Below are positions 56,143 through 64,000 of a DNA stretch of 64,000 nucleotides, one piece after another. How positions within the stretch are numbered: the stretch's first letter is position 1; the number at the start of each line of letters is the position of its first letter. A model generated the notes under the pieces. It made no database searches, had not been told where the DNA came from, and saw only the letters and a program-made list of their open reading frames with translations. Both the position numbers and the translations under genes were made by a program. The stretch comes from Gemmatimonadales bacterium. Lineage in GTDB: Bacteria; Gemmatimonadota; Gemmatimonadetes; Gemmatimonadales; GWC2-71-9. The stretch lies in the NCBI GenBank assembly GCA_036398175.1, contig DASWHL010000104.1, forward strand, positions 5,281 to 69,280. Direction: 5' to 3'.

Positions 56143-57515
56143 CGTCCGCGGGACGGACGGTCCGCATCGCGTCGGGCCAGGGGTTCTGGGGCGACTGGCT
56201 CGAGGCGCCGGTCCGGCAGGTGGAGGGCGGCCCCATTGACTACCTGATGATGGACTATCTGGCCGAGGTCACGATGTCCATCATGCAGAAGCAGCGCTCC
56301 CGCGACCCGTCGCGGGGCTACGCCACCGATTTCGTGCCCCTCATGGAACGGATCCTGCCCACGGTGGTCGAGCGGGGCATCCGGATCACGGCTAACGCGG
56401 GCGGCGTGAATCCGCGCGCGTGCGCCGACGCGGTGATCGCGGTGGCCCGGAAGCACGGGCTCGGTGGGCGGGTGCGCGTGGGCATCGTGACCGGCGACGA
56501 CATCCTAGAGCGGCTGGACGCGCTGATCGCCGGGGGGCACGCGCTGGCGAACATGGACACGGGCGCCCCGCTCAGCACGGTCCGCGGCAGCGTGCTCTCC
56601 GCCAACGCGTACCTCGGTGCCGCCAGCATCGTCGAGGCGCTGCGGCAGAGCGCCAACGTCGTCATCACCGGGCGGGTGACGGACACCGGGCTCACGCTGG
56701 GACCCATGATGCACGAGTTCGGCTGGGCGGCCGACGACTGGGACCGGCTCGCGGCAGGGACGGTGGCGGGCCACATCATCGAATGCGGCGCCCAGTGCTC
56801 GGGCGGGAACTGCCTCGTGGACTGGGAGCGGATCCCGCACCTGGAGGATCCGGGATACCCGATCGTGGATGCCCGCAGCGACGGCACGTTCGCGATCACC
56901 AAGCACGCGGGCACGGGCGGCCGCATCTCGGTTCCCTCGATCACCGAGCAGCTGGTGTACGAGATGGGCGATCCGCGGCATTACATCACGCCGGACGTCG
57001 TCGCCGACTTCACGACGATCCACCTCGCGCAGGCGGGACCCGACCGCGTGCGGGTTACCGGGGTGCGCGGAGGGCCCGCCACCGAGTTCCTCAAGGTCTC
57101 GATCGCCTACTTCTACGGGTACAAGGCCGTCGGCACGCTGGTGTACGCCTGGCCGGACGCGCACAAGAAGGCGCGGGCGGCCGACCGGATTCTCCGGGAG
57201 CGGCTGGCGCGGCTCGGGCTCGTGTTCGAGGAGATCCTGACGGAGTACGTGGGCGCGGACGCGACCCACGGACCGCTCGCCGGCCCGCCGGATCCCGACG
57301 CGCCGGAGGTGCAGCTCCGGATCGGCGTGCGGGCGCCGGACCGCGCGCCGGTGGAGCGGTTCACGCGGGAGATCGCGCCGTTGATTCTCAACGGGCCACC
57401 GAGCGTCACGGGGTTCGCGGGTGGGCGACCCAAGGTCGAAGAAATCGTGGCATACTGGCCGGCGCTGATCCGGAAGTCGGAGATCACGCCGCGGGTCGAG
57501 GTGCTGGATGCGTAG
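56139..57515 (+). CDS. AtuA family (DUF1446) protein
   Basis: [38 protein letters not shown]...ANAGGVNP...[14 protein letters not shown] is the characteristic acyclic-terpene-utilisation AtuA family pattern. Confidence 0.8.
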   Translation: MTSAGRTVRIASGQGFWGDWLEAPVRQVEGGPIDYLMMDYLAEVTMSIMQKQRSRDPSRGYATDFVPLMERILPTVVERGIRITANAGGVNPRACADAVIAVARKHGLGGRVRVGIVTGDDILERLDALIAGGHALANMDTGAPLSTVRGSVLSANAYLGAASIVEALRQSANVVITGRVTDTGLTLGPMMHEFGWAADDWDRLAAGTVAGHIIECGAQCSGGNCLVDWERIPHLEDPGYPIVDARSDGTFAITKHAGTGGRISVPSITEQLVYEMGDPRHYITPDVVADFTTIHLAQAGPDRVRVTGVRGGPATEFLKVSIAYFYGYKAVGTLVYAWPDAHKKARAADRILRERLARLGLVFEEILTEYVGADATHGPLAGPPDPDAPEVQLRIGVRAPDRAPVERFTREIAPLILNGPPSVTGFAGGRPKVEEIVAYWPALIRKSEITPRVEVLDA

Positions 57516-57545
57516 CGACGGGATGGACGGGGGAGGGATCGGGTA

Positions 57546-57905
57546 GTGGGGACGAAAGCCCGCCGGCCGGCCCGCCGGACCGTTCAACTCCGCTACCTCG
57601 CCCACGCGCGGAGCGGCGACAAGGGCGACACGGCCAACGTGGGGTTGATCGCGCTCCGGCCCGCGTTCTATCCGGTGCTCGCGCGCGAGGTGACGGCGGC
57701 CCGGGTGGCCGCGCACTTCACGGGCATGCTGACCGGCGGCGTCGAGCGGTTCGCGCTGCCCAACCTCCGCGCGCTCAACTTCCTGCTGCACGGCGCGCTG
57801 GGCGGCGGCGGCACGCTGTCGCTCAAGACGGACGCGCAGGGGAAGGTGTTCTCCACGGCGCTGCTCCGCATGGAGATCCCGGTGCCGGGGGACCTCGATG
57901 TCTGA
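57546..57905 (+). CDS. Small AtuA-associated protein (AtuA C-terminal-like, DUF4387-type; putative)
   Basis: 119 aa. LAHARSGDKGDTANVGLIA...LNFLLHGALGGGG. It lies 30 nt after the AtuA gene. I recall such small partners next to DUF1446 genes, but this is unverified. Confidence 0.55.
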   Translation: MGTKARRPARRTVQLRYLAHARSGDKGDTANVGLIALRPAFYPVLAREVTAARVAAHFTGMLTGGVERFALPNLRALNFLLHGALGGGGTLSLKTDAQGKVFSTALLRMEIPVPGDLDV

Positions 57906-58659
57906 CGACCGCCTGCTGGTGGCGCTCGCGGACCGCGTGCTCACGCTGACGCTGAACCGTCCCGACAAGCGGAACGCCATTGACACACTCATGATCGAGG
58001 CCCTGCACGCGGCCCTCGAGCGGGCGCAGCTGGACGCCGCGGTCCGCGTCGTGGCCGTGCGCGGCGCCGGTACGGACTTCTGCGCCGGGGCGGACCTGGC
58101 GGAGCTGCTGGCGTCGGCGGATCGGCCGGCCGAGGAGAACCGTGCCCAGGCGCAGCGGCTGGGCGACGTGTTCATCCGGATGCGCGAGCTGCCCAAGCCG
58201 GTCGTGGCCGTGGTGCACGGGCGCGCGCTGGCCGGTGGGTGCGGACTCGCGACCGCGTGTGACCTCGTGCTGGCCCGGGCTGACGCGCAGCTCGGCTACC
58301 CGGAAGTGCGGCGCGGATTCGTCCCGGCCATGGTCATGGCCATGCTGCGCCGCGCGGTGGGAGAGAAGGCCGCGTTCGACCTCGTGGCCACGGGCCGGAT
58401 CCTCTCGGCGGACGAAGCACGGGCGCTCGGCCTGGTGTCGCGCGTGCTGGCCCCGGAGACCTTCGAGTCCGACGCCGGTCACGTAACCGCGACGCTTGCC
58501 GCGCAGAGCCCCACCGCGCTGGCCCTCATCAAACGGCAGCTGTACGAGCTCGACGGGCGGAGCTTTGCCAACGGGATTCGGCTGGGGGCCGACGTCAACG
58601 CGCTCGCGCGGGCCACGCCCGATTTCCGCGCCGCCGTGCAGGCCTTCCTCGAGCGCTAG
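57898..58659 (+). CDS. Enoyl-CoA hydratase/isomerase (crotonase) family protein
   Basis: LTLNRPDKRNAID, RGAGTDFCAGADL, PKPVVAVVHGRALAGGCGLATACDL and YPEVRRGFVP. Confidence 0.9.
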   Translation: MSDDRLLVALADRVLTLTLNRPDKRNAIDTLMIEALHAALERAQLDAAVRVVAVRGAGTDFCAGADLAELLASADRPAEENRAQAQRLGDVFIRMRELPKPVVAVVHGRALAGGCGLATACDLVLARADAQLGYPEVRRGFVPAMVMAMLRRAVGEKAAFDLVATGRILSADEARALGLVSRVLAPETFESDAGHVTATLAAQSPTALALIKRQLYELDGRSFANGIRLGADVNALARATPDFRAAVQAFLER

Positions 58660-58676
58660 CCGGCGGCCCCCGCCGG
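58660..58676 (+). terminator. GC-rich hairpin immediately after the enoyl-CoA hydratase stop (possible terminator, no U-tract)
   Basis: CCGGCGG-ccc-CCGCCGG starts 1 nt after the TAG stop (58657-58659). It is followed by gctctgg, not a T-run, hence the low confidence. Confidence 0.3.
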
Positions 58677-58750
58677 GCTCTGGCGTCCGCAGGATCACCA
58701 GTGCGAAGAATTGGCGCCGTCCCGACGGGCGCTCGACGCCATCTTGGGGC

Positions 58751-59971
58751 ATGTCCCCGCCCGCCGGCCTGCTGGACACCGCCGAGCACGTGCTCGAGCA
58801 ACACTGGGGCTACGCGCACCTGCGCTACGCCCAGCGCCGCGTGGTGCTCGCCGCCCTCACGGGCCGGGACTGCCTGGCCATGCTCCCTACCGGGGGTGGG
58901 AAGTCCATCTGCTTTCAGCTCCCGGCGCTGATCCGGGGTGGCCTCACGCTGGTCGTATCCCCGCTGATCTCGCTCATGCAGGATCAGGTGGCGGCCCTCA
59001 CGCGGCGGGGCGTGGCGGGCGCGTACCTCAGCAGCACGCAGAAGCCGGAGGCACGTGCCGCCGTGCGCGAGCGCCTGCACGCCGGGCGGCTCACCCTGCT
59101 CTACGTGGCGCCCGAGCGCCTGCCGTCCCTGGTGCGGGAGCAGCGGCTCCCGTGCTCCCTGCTCGCGGTGGACGAAGCGCACTGCATCTCGGAATGGGGG
59201 CACGACTTCCGCCCGCACTACCGCGAGATCGGCCGGCATCGCCTGGCGCTGAGCGAGCCCCCGACCCTGGCGGTGACCGCGACGGCCACCCCCGCTACGC
59301 GCGCGGACATCGTGCAGATCCTGGGACTCCGGAACCCGGTGCGCGTGTTGGCGTCGTTCGACCGTCCCAACCTCCGCTTCGAGGCGCGGGAGTGCGCGGA
59401 CGAACAGGAACGGCTCACCCGGGCCCTGGCGCTCGTCCAACGGTGTCCCGCGACGGCCATCTGCTACGTGCCCACCCGGAACCGCGCGGACGGCGTGGCG
59501 GTGTGGCTCCGGCGCAAGGGCGTCGCGGCGGCGCCGTACCACGGCGCCCTGCCCGGCGGCGCGCGGCGGGCCCTGCTGACGCGGTTCCTCGATGGGTCCA
59601 TCCGGGTGATGGCGGCCACCAACGCCTTCGGGATGGGGATTGACAAGCCCGACGTGCGGCTGGTGTTGCACCTGGGCATTCCGTCCCGCCCCGAGTCCTA
59701 CTACCAGGAGGCGGGCCGCGCGGGCCGGGACGGCGCCCCGGCCCGCTGCGTGATGCTGTGGACCAAACGCGACCTGGTGCTGATGCGCCGCCTGGCCGGG
59801 GAGGGGCCCGCCGTCCAAGCGGGCCTGGCAACGATGCGGGACTACGTGCATCGCCGCCGCTGCCGGCGCCGGACCCTCCTCGCGTACCTCGGCGAGACGG
59901 GCGTGCGGTGCAGCGGATGTGACCGGTGCGGCGTGCCGAGTATTGAACAGGAAACACGGAACGCAGAATGA
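58751..59971 (+). CDS. recQ: ATP-dependent DNA helicase, RecQ family (short form, no HRDC)
   Basis: The ATG at 58751 gives MSPPAGLLDTAEHVLEQHWGYAHLRYAQ. Motifs: LPTGGGKSICFQLPA, VDEAHCISEWGHDFRP, TATATP, ATNAFGMGIDKPDVR, YYQEAGRAGRDG, and the Zn-binding CRRRTLL...CSGCDRC. Only 406 aa. Confidence 0.9.
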   Translation: MSPPAGLLDTAEHVLEQHWGYAHLRYAQRRVVLAALTGRDCLAMLPTGGGKSICFQLPALIRGGLTLVVSPLISLMQDQVAALTRRGVAGAYLSSTQKPEARAAVRERLHAGRLTLLYVAPERLPSLVREQRLPCSLLAVDEAHCISEWGHDFRPHYREIGRHRLALSEPPTLAVTATATPATRADIVQILGLRNPVRVLASFDRPNLRFEARECADEQERLTRALALVQRCPATAICYVPTRNRADGVAVWLRRKGVAAAPYHGALPGGARRALLTRFLDGSIRVMAATNAFGMGIDKPDVRLVLHLGIPSRPESYYQEAGRAGRDGAPARCVMLWTKRDLVLMRRLAGEGPAVQAGLATMRDYVHRRRCRRRTLLAYLGETGVRCSGCDRCGVPSIEQETRNAE

Positions 59972-60195
59972 CCAGGTTGCCGCCCGGCCCTTCTCCATTC
60001 CCTGTGGGACATTCAATCCTGCTGGACGTGTGGTATCCTTTCGGGGCTGGGCGCCTGCTCGCCTTCGCCGAGACGTTCCTGCTCTTCACGATCGCACTGT
60101 ATCTTTGGAAGATCCGGCAGGAAACCGTCCGGGCGCGGAGCTGGCTGAAGGGCGTGGCCTGGAAGCCGGGGCCCTCGGCGGGCGAAGGCGGCTGA
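59968..60195 (+). CDS. Hypothetical small membrane protein
   Basis: 75 aa with one hydrophobic helix (LLAFAETFLLFTIALYLW). Its ATG overlaps the recQ stop (ATGA). It lies in a locally less GC-rich stretch. No family recognised. Confidence 0.35.
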   Translation: MTRLPPGPSPFPVGHSILLDVWYPFGAGRLLAFAETFLLFTIALYLWKIRQETVRARSWLKGVAWKPGPSAGEGG

Positions 60196-60238
60196 AGTCG
60201 CCATTCCGTGTTCGTCACTCTGTATCTAGGTTAGAGGC

Positions 60239-61576
60239 GTGCCGTTGACGGGGGGTGCCGTGCGTCGCCTGCTCTTCATTGCCGCCCTTGCCGTGTGTGC
60301 CGCGCCCGCGGCGGGGCAGGGGCCTGTGGTTTATCGAGTGCCGGTCACCGGCACCATCGAGCTGGGCATCGCGCCGTTCATCAAGCGGGCCATTGCGGAA
60401 GCCCAGGCCGCCGGGGCGCGCGCCGTCATCCTGGACGTCAATACGCTGGGTGGCAGGGTGGACGCGGCCCTCGCGATCATTGACGCCATCAGTGCCGCCA
60501 CGGTGCCGGTCTACGCCTTCGTGGATCCCCGGGCCATTTCGGCCGGCGCGCTGATCTCGATCTCCACGGATTCCGTCTTCATGATCGCCGACGCCACGAT
60601 CGGGGCCTCGACGGTCGTGGATGCCGAGGGCAGCAAGGTGTCCGAAAAGGCCCAGAGCGTCATGCGGGCCCAGTTCCGGGCGCTGGCGGAACGCCGCGGG
60701 CTCGACCCCCGGATCGGCGAAGCCATGGTGGACGAGACGATCGCCATCGCAGGCGTGGTCGAGGAAGGCAAGCTCCTCACGCTCACCGCCCGCGAAGCCG
60801 AGCGTGTGGGCTACGGCATCGAGGTCACCGGCTTCGACGACATCCTCGGACGGCTCGGCATCGCGGGCGCCGAGATCGTGCGGCCCCAGCCCAACTGGGC
60901 AGAGGGGCTGGTCCGCTTTCTCTCGCACCCGCTCGTCGCACCCATTCTGCTCTCGCTCGGCGTGCTTGGCCTCGTGATCGAGATCAAGACGCCATCGTTT
61001 GGGCTCGCCGGCATCGTGGGCCTGGCCTCGCTGGGGGCCTTCTTCGGCAGCCACCTGATCATCGGGCTCGCGGGCTGGGAGGAAGTGATCCTCCTCGGGG
61101 CCGGCCTCATTGCGCTCGGCATCGAGGTGTTCGTGGTCCCGGGCTTCGGGATCGCGGGGGTCATCAGCATCGCCTGCATCGGCACGGCGGTCTTCCTGGC
61201 GCTGCTCGGCAGTCTCCCCACGTGGGCGGACGTCGCGCGTGCCTCCGGCATCCTGGCCACCTCGATCGGCATCGTTGGCGCGACGATCTACCTGGTGGTG
61301 CGCAACCTGCCTACGAGCGACCGCTGGCGCGGCATCTTTCTCCGGACCGCCAGTGCGGCCACCGAGGGCTATGTTTCCGGCGACTTCCGGGACGATCTGC
61401 TCGGGCTGGTGGGCGTGGCCCTCACGGACCTGCATCCCGGCGGTACCGTGCAACTCGGTGACGAACGGCTGGACGTCGTCACCGAGGGAGATTATGTCCA
61501 ACGCGGCACCCACGTCCGGATCTTGCGGTCGGAAGGCTATCGGCTGGTCGTGAAATCGCTCGACCAGACCTCCTGA
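60239..61576 (+). CDS. nfeD: NfeD family membrane-bound ClpP-class serine protease
   Basis: Signal peptide, ClpP-like domain (ILDVNTLGGRVDAALAIIDAI...AISAGALISI), a multi-TM middle and a C-terminal NfeD OB domain (GVALTDLHPGGTVQLGDERLDVVTEGDYV..GTHVRIL). An alternative GTG start is at 60260. Confidence 0.88.
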   Translation: MPLTGGAVRRLLFIAALAVCAAPAAGQGPVVYRVPVTGTIELGIAPFIKRAIAEAQAAGARAVILDVNTLGGRVDAALAIIDAISAATVPVYAFVDPRAISAGALISISTDSVFMIADATIGASTVVDAEGSKVSEKAQSVMRAQFRALAERRGLDPRIGEAMVDETIAIAGVVEEGKLLTLTAREAERVGYGIEVTGFDDILGRLGIAGAEIVRPQPNWAEGLVRFLSHPLVAPILLSLGVLGLVIEIKTPSFGLAGIVGLASLGAFFGSHLIIGLAGWEEVILLGAGLIALGIEVFVVPGFGIAGVISIACIGTAVFLALLGSLPTWADVARASGILATSIGIVGATIYLVVRNLPTSDRWRGIFLRTASAATEGYVSGDFRDDLLGLVGVALTDLHPGGTVQLGDERLDVVTEGDYVQRGTHVRILRSEGYRLVVKSLDQTS

Positions 61577-61612
61577 CGCCCGCTTCCGCCGGGACCACAG
61601 GAGCAACCTGTC

Positions 61613-62611
61613 ATGGATTTCTCGCAACTCGGACCGTTTCTGGTAGTCATTGCCCTCATCGGCGGGCTCTTTGTCTTCAGCCTGTTCTGGTACTTCATTC
61701 CGGTCGGGCTCTGGATCGAGGCGCTCGCCGCCGGGGTCCGGGTCGGGCTCACGAACCTCGTGGGGATGCGGCTCCGGAAGGTGAGCCCGGCCGCGGTCGT
61801 CCGGCCGCTCGTGAAAGCCAGCAAGGCGGGGATCACCCTGAACACGGACATGCTCGAAGCGCACTACCTGGCCGGCGGCAACGTGGACCGGGTGGTGAAC
61901 GCGCTCATCGCCGCCGACAAGGCGGGCATCGCGCTCGACTTCAAGAAAGCCACGGCGATTGACCTGGCCGGCCGCGACGTGCTCGAGGCGGTGCAGGTCT
62001 CCGTGAACCCCAAGGTGATCCAGACGCCCAAGGTCGCGGCCATGGCCAAGGACGGCATCCAGCTCATTGCCATCGCGCGGGTGACGGTCCGGGCCAACAT
62101 CAACCGCCTCGTAGGCGGCGCCGGCGAGGAGACCATCCTCGCGCGCGTGGGAGAGGGCATCGTCTCCACTATCGGGTCGTCCGAGTCGCACAAGAAGGTT
62201 CTGGAAAACCCGGATAACATCTCCAAGACCGTGCTTGCCAAGGGCCTCGACAGCGGGACGGCGTTCGAGATTCTCTCCATTGACATCGCCGACGTGGACG
62301 TGGGCAAGAACATCGGGGCCGAGCTGCAGACCGATCAGGCCGAGGCGGACAAGCGGATCGCGCAGGCCAAGGCGGAAGAGCGGCGTGCGGCGGCGGTGGC
62401 GCTCGAAGGCGAGATGGTGGCCAAGACGCAGGAAATGCGCGCCAAGGTGGTCGAGGCGGAGGCCCAGGTCCCGCTCGCGCTTGCCGAGGCGTTCCGGAAC
62501 GGCCAGCTGGGCATCATGGACTACATGCGGTACCGCAACGTCGAGAGCGACACGGCCATGCGGCAGTCCATCGCCAAGGGCGGCCCGGGCGAGGGGAAAC
62601 AGGGGACCTGA
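61613..62611 (+). CDS. floA: Flotillin-like protein FloA (UPF0365/YqfA family)
   Basis: [30 protein letters not shown]...[26 protein letters not shown]...[14 protein letters not shown]...[13 protein letters not shown] is a near-signature FloA sequence. Confidence 0.92.
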   Translation: MDFSQLGPFLVVIALIGGLFVFSLFWYFIPVGLWIEALAAGVRVGLTNLVGMRLRKVSPAAVVRPLVKASKAGITLNTDMLEAHYLAGGNVDRVVNALIAADKAGIALDFKKATAIDLAGRDVLEAVQVSVNPKVIQTPKVAAMAKDGIQLIAIARVTVRANINRLVGGAGEETILARVGEGIVSTIGSSESHKKVLENPDNISKTVLAKGLDSGTAFEILSIDIADVDVGKNIGAELQTDQAEADKRIAQAKAEERRAAAVALEGEMVAKTQEMRAKVVEAEAQVPLALAEAFRNGQLGIMDYMRYRNVESDTAMRQSIAKGGPGEGKQGT

Positions 62612-62615
62612 CGCG

Positions 62616-63227
62616 ATGAGCGGCGACCTCTTCGAGATCCTCTTCGTCGCGGTGTTCATTCTGTTCGGCCTGCTGGGGGGTCGGAAGAAGCGCTCCCGGC
62701 AGGGCACGCCACCGGCCCGGCCGCGCCCGCAAACCCGCGCGCCAGGCGGCCAGCCGGCGGCGCGCGGGGTTCCGGTTCCGCGGCCCCAACCCACCGTCAC
62801 GCACCAGCGCGCGCCGGACCAGGACCGGTTGCTCCGGGAACTGGAGGGTCTGCTCACCGGGCGGCCCGTGAGCGAGCCGACGCCGGCCTCCGTGCCGAGC
62901 CCCATGCGGGACATGCCCGATCCCGATGAAGCCCAAAGCCTGGAATCCCTGGACCTCCGGGAGGGGGCCGGCGCCTGGGAAGAAGGGCTGGAACGCGCGT
63001 CCGAGACGGGCACGGCCCGCTGGAGCGCGGGCAGCACACGGGCCGCGGAATCACTCGAGACGCTCGAGGAGGCCGGCGGAGCGTCCCACAAGCGGTTCCA
63101 TGCGCTCTACGATCGCCAGCCGGATCCCGTCCCGACGAAGCCCGCTCCTCGCGTATTCGGCATTGCCGACGTGCGCCGCGCCATGGTGTGGTCCGAGATT
63201 CTCGGGCCGCCGGTGTCGGAGCGATAA
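62616..63227 (+). CDS. Hypothetical protein (N-terminal TM helix, Pro/Arg-rich linker)
   Basis: The internal ATG at 62616 gives MSGDLFEILFVAVFILFGLLGG, then a Pro-rich low-complexity region and a C-terminal VFGIADVRRAMVWSEILGPP. It sits directly after floA. No family recognised. Confidence 0.5.
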   Translation: MSGDLFEILFVAVFILFGLLGGRKKRSRQGTPPARPRPQTRAPGGQPAARGVPVPRPQPTVTHQRAPDQDRLLRELEGLLTGRPVSEPTPASVPSPMRDMPDPDEAQSLESLDLREGAGAWEEGLERASETGTARWSAGSTRAAESLETLEEAGGASHKRFHALYDRQPDPVPTKPAPRVFGIADVRRAMVWSEILGPPVSER

Positions 63228-63228
63228 A

Positions 63229-63294
63229 CCGATAGCCGATGGCCGACAGCCGATAAGCACGTGTTGCGCTCGGCATTCGGCCCTCGGCTATCGG
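63229..63294. repeat. Inverted array of CCGAYRR heptamers forming a long imperfect hairpin
   Basis: Four tandem heptamers ccgatag/ccgatgg/ccgacag/ccgataa (63229-63256), a spacer containing CACGTG, then three inverted heptamers (63274-63294). Positions 63229-63246 pair with 63277-63294 at 17 of 18 positions. Confidence 0.8.
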
Positions 63295-63319
63295 CAATCC
63301 CGTCAAGTATCTTCCCTCC

Positions 63320-64000
63320 ATGATAGACTCTCCTTTCCTCACCGACGAGCACCATCAGCTGCGTGAGATCGTCCGCGATTTTGCCGAGCGCGAGATCCGA
63401 CCGGTGGCCCGGGAGCTGGACCGGGAGCAACGCTTCCCCTGGGACAACGTGAAGCAGATGGCCGAGCTGGGATTCCTCGGCGCCACATGGGACCCCGAGT
63501 TGGGCGGCGCCGGGATGGACTACCTCTCGTACATCATCCTGGTGGAGGAGCTGTCGCGGGTGGACGCGAGCCACGGCATCACGGTCTCGGCCCACACCAC
63601 GCTCGGCACGTCGCCCATCGTCCACTTCGGCACCGAGGAACAGCAGCGGCGGTACGTGCCGCTGCTGGCCAAGGGAACGGTGCTCGGCGGGTTCGGGCTC
63701 ACGGAAACCGAAGCGGGCTCGGACGCCGGCGGCACCAAGACCATGGCCGAGGACAAGGGGGATCACTACGTCCTCCGGGGATCCAAGATCTTCATCACCC
63801 ACGCCGGCGTGGGGGAGATCTTCGTCGTGACGGCGCGCACCGATCCCAAGCCGAAAATGCGGAACCACGGGATCACGTCGTTCATCGTCACCAAGGACAC
63901 GGTGGACCTCGCGGAGACCGCGCGGGTGGGGATCGGGCACGCACCCGACCTGCCCAAGACGCCGGGCGTGCGGGCCGGCAAGAAGGAAGACAAGATGGGG
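63320..64000 (+). CDS. Acyl-CoA dehydrogenase, partial (continues past the window end)
   Basis: Absent from the ORF track because it is open-ended. From the ATG at 63320 my translation reads MIDSPFLTDEHHQLREIVRDFAEREIRPVARELDREQRFPWDNVKQMAELGFLG...GGFGLTETEAGSDAGG...HYVLRGSKIFITHAG, the typical ACAD N-terminal and middle domains. Confidence 0.9.
   Translation, partial: MIDSPFLTDEHHQLREIVRDFAEREIRPVARELDREQRFPWDNVKQMAELGFLGATWDPELGGAGMDYLSYIILVEELSRVDASHGITVSAHTTLGTSPIVHFGTEEQQRRYVPLLAKGTVLGGFGLTETEAGSDAGGTKTMAEDKGDHYVLRGSKIFITHAGVGEIFVVTARTDPKPKMRNHGITSFIVTKDTVDLAETARVGIGHAPDLPKTPGVRAGKKEDKMG

Noticed and set aside
60013-60204. 63-aa minus-strand ORF opposite the small recQ-coupled ORF.
   Set aside because: It has no hydrophobic or recognisable features and no coupling to neighbouring genes. 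It is a less plausible reading than the plus-strand ORF, which is itself low confidence.
60215-63091. 958-aa minus-strand ORF.
   Set aside because: It is antisense to nfeD, floA and the downstream gene, whose plus-strand translations carry near-signature family sequences. The ORF product is Arg/Gly/Asp/His-rich junk.

Overview
This 64-kb window comes from a very high-G+C, gene-dense bacterial chromosome. Gene content and order loosely suggest a Gemmatimonadota-like lineage, but that is only an impression. I support about 60 protein-coding genes. They sit in a few very long co-directional arrays with almost no intergenic gaps, and stop and start codons often overlap (GTGA/ATGA, many GTG starts).

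The content is almost all core metabolism and maintenance:
- DNA repair and envelope: ligA-polX, mtgA.
- A minus-strand array: htrA-purB-purC-psd-pssA-purS-purQ-(lipoprotein)-(zinc ribbon)-purL-purF, then ppdK and a nitrilase/GNAT pair.
- tal and truA; trpD; lexA.
- A plus-strand array: trpC-trpB-[HEAT protein]-[HD-GYP protein]-trpA-folB-folK-panB-panC-(HD)-(LytR_C).
- rlmN plus a predicted outer-membrane protein.
- A second plus-strand array: ptsN-aspS-phoH-pgpH-ybeY-corC-corC2-DUF502-mgtE.
- An acyl-CoA cluster: meaB, split methylmalonyl-CoA mutase, carboxyltransferase, AtuA, enoyl-CoA hydratase, and an acyl-CoA dehydrogenase at the window end.
- recQ and nfeD-floA.

I saw no rRNA, tRNA, CRISPR array, transposase, integrase or phage genes. 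The many very long ORFs antisense to these genes are high-G+C mirror artefacts.

Items worth a second look:
1. A HEAT-repeat/HD-GYP gene pair translationally wedged between trpB and trpA.
2. An eRF1/Pelota-like gene between the two methylmalonyl-CoA mutase subunits.
3. A 940-aa S8 lipoprotein peptidase coupled on both sides into the acyl-CoA operon.
4. Two tandem GAAC-N7-GAAC-type direct repeats in the 80-bp lexA/trpC divergent region.
5. A structured palindromic repeat present at two loci that supplies the stop codons of two convergent genes.
6. An inverted array of CCGAYRR heptamers upstream of the acyl-CoA dehydrogenase.
7. A 28% G+C island in the mtgA/NUDIX intergenic region.

I found no clear-cut novel defence or mobile system. 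All functional calls rest on my recognition of motifs in the translations; no database search was run.
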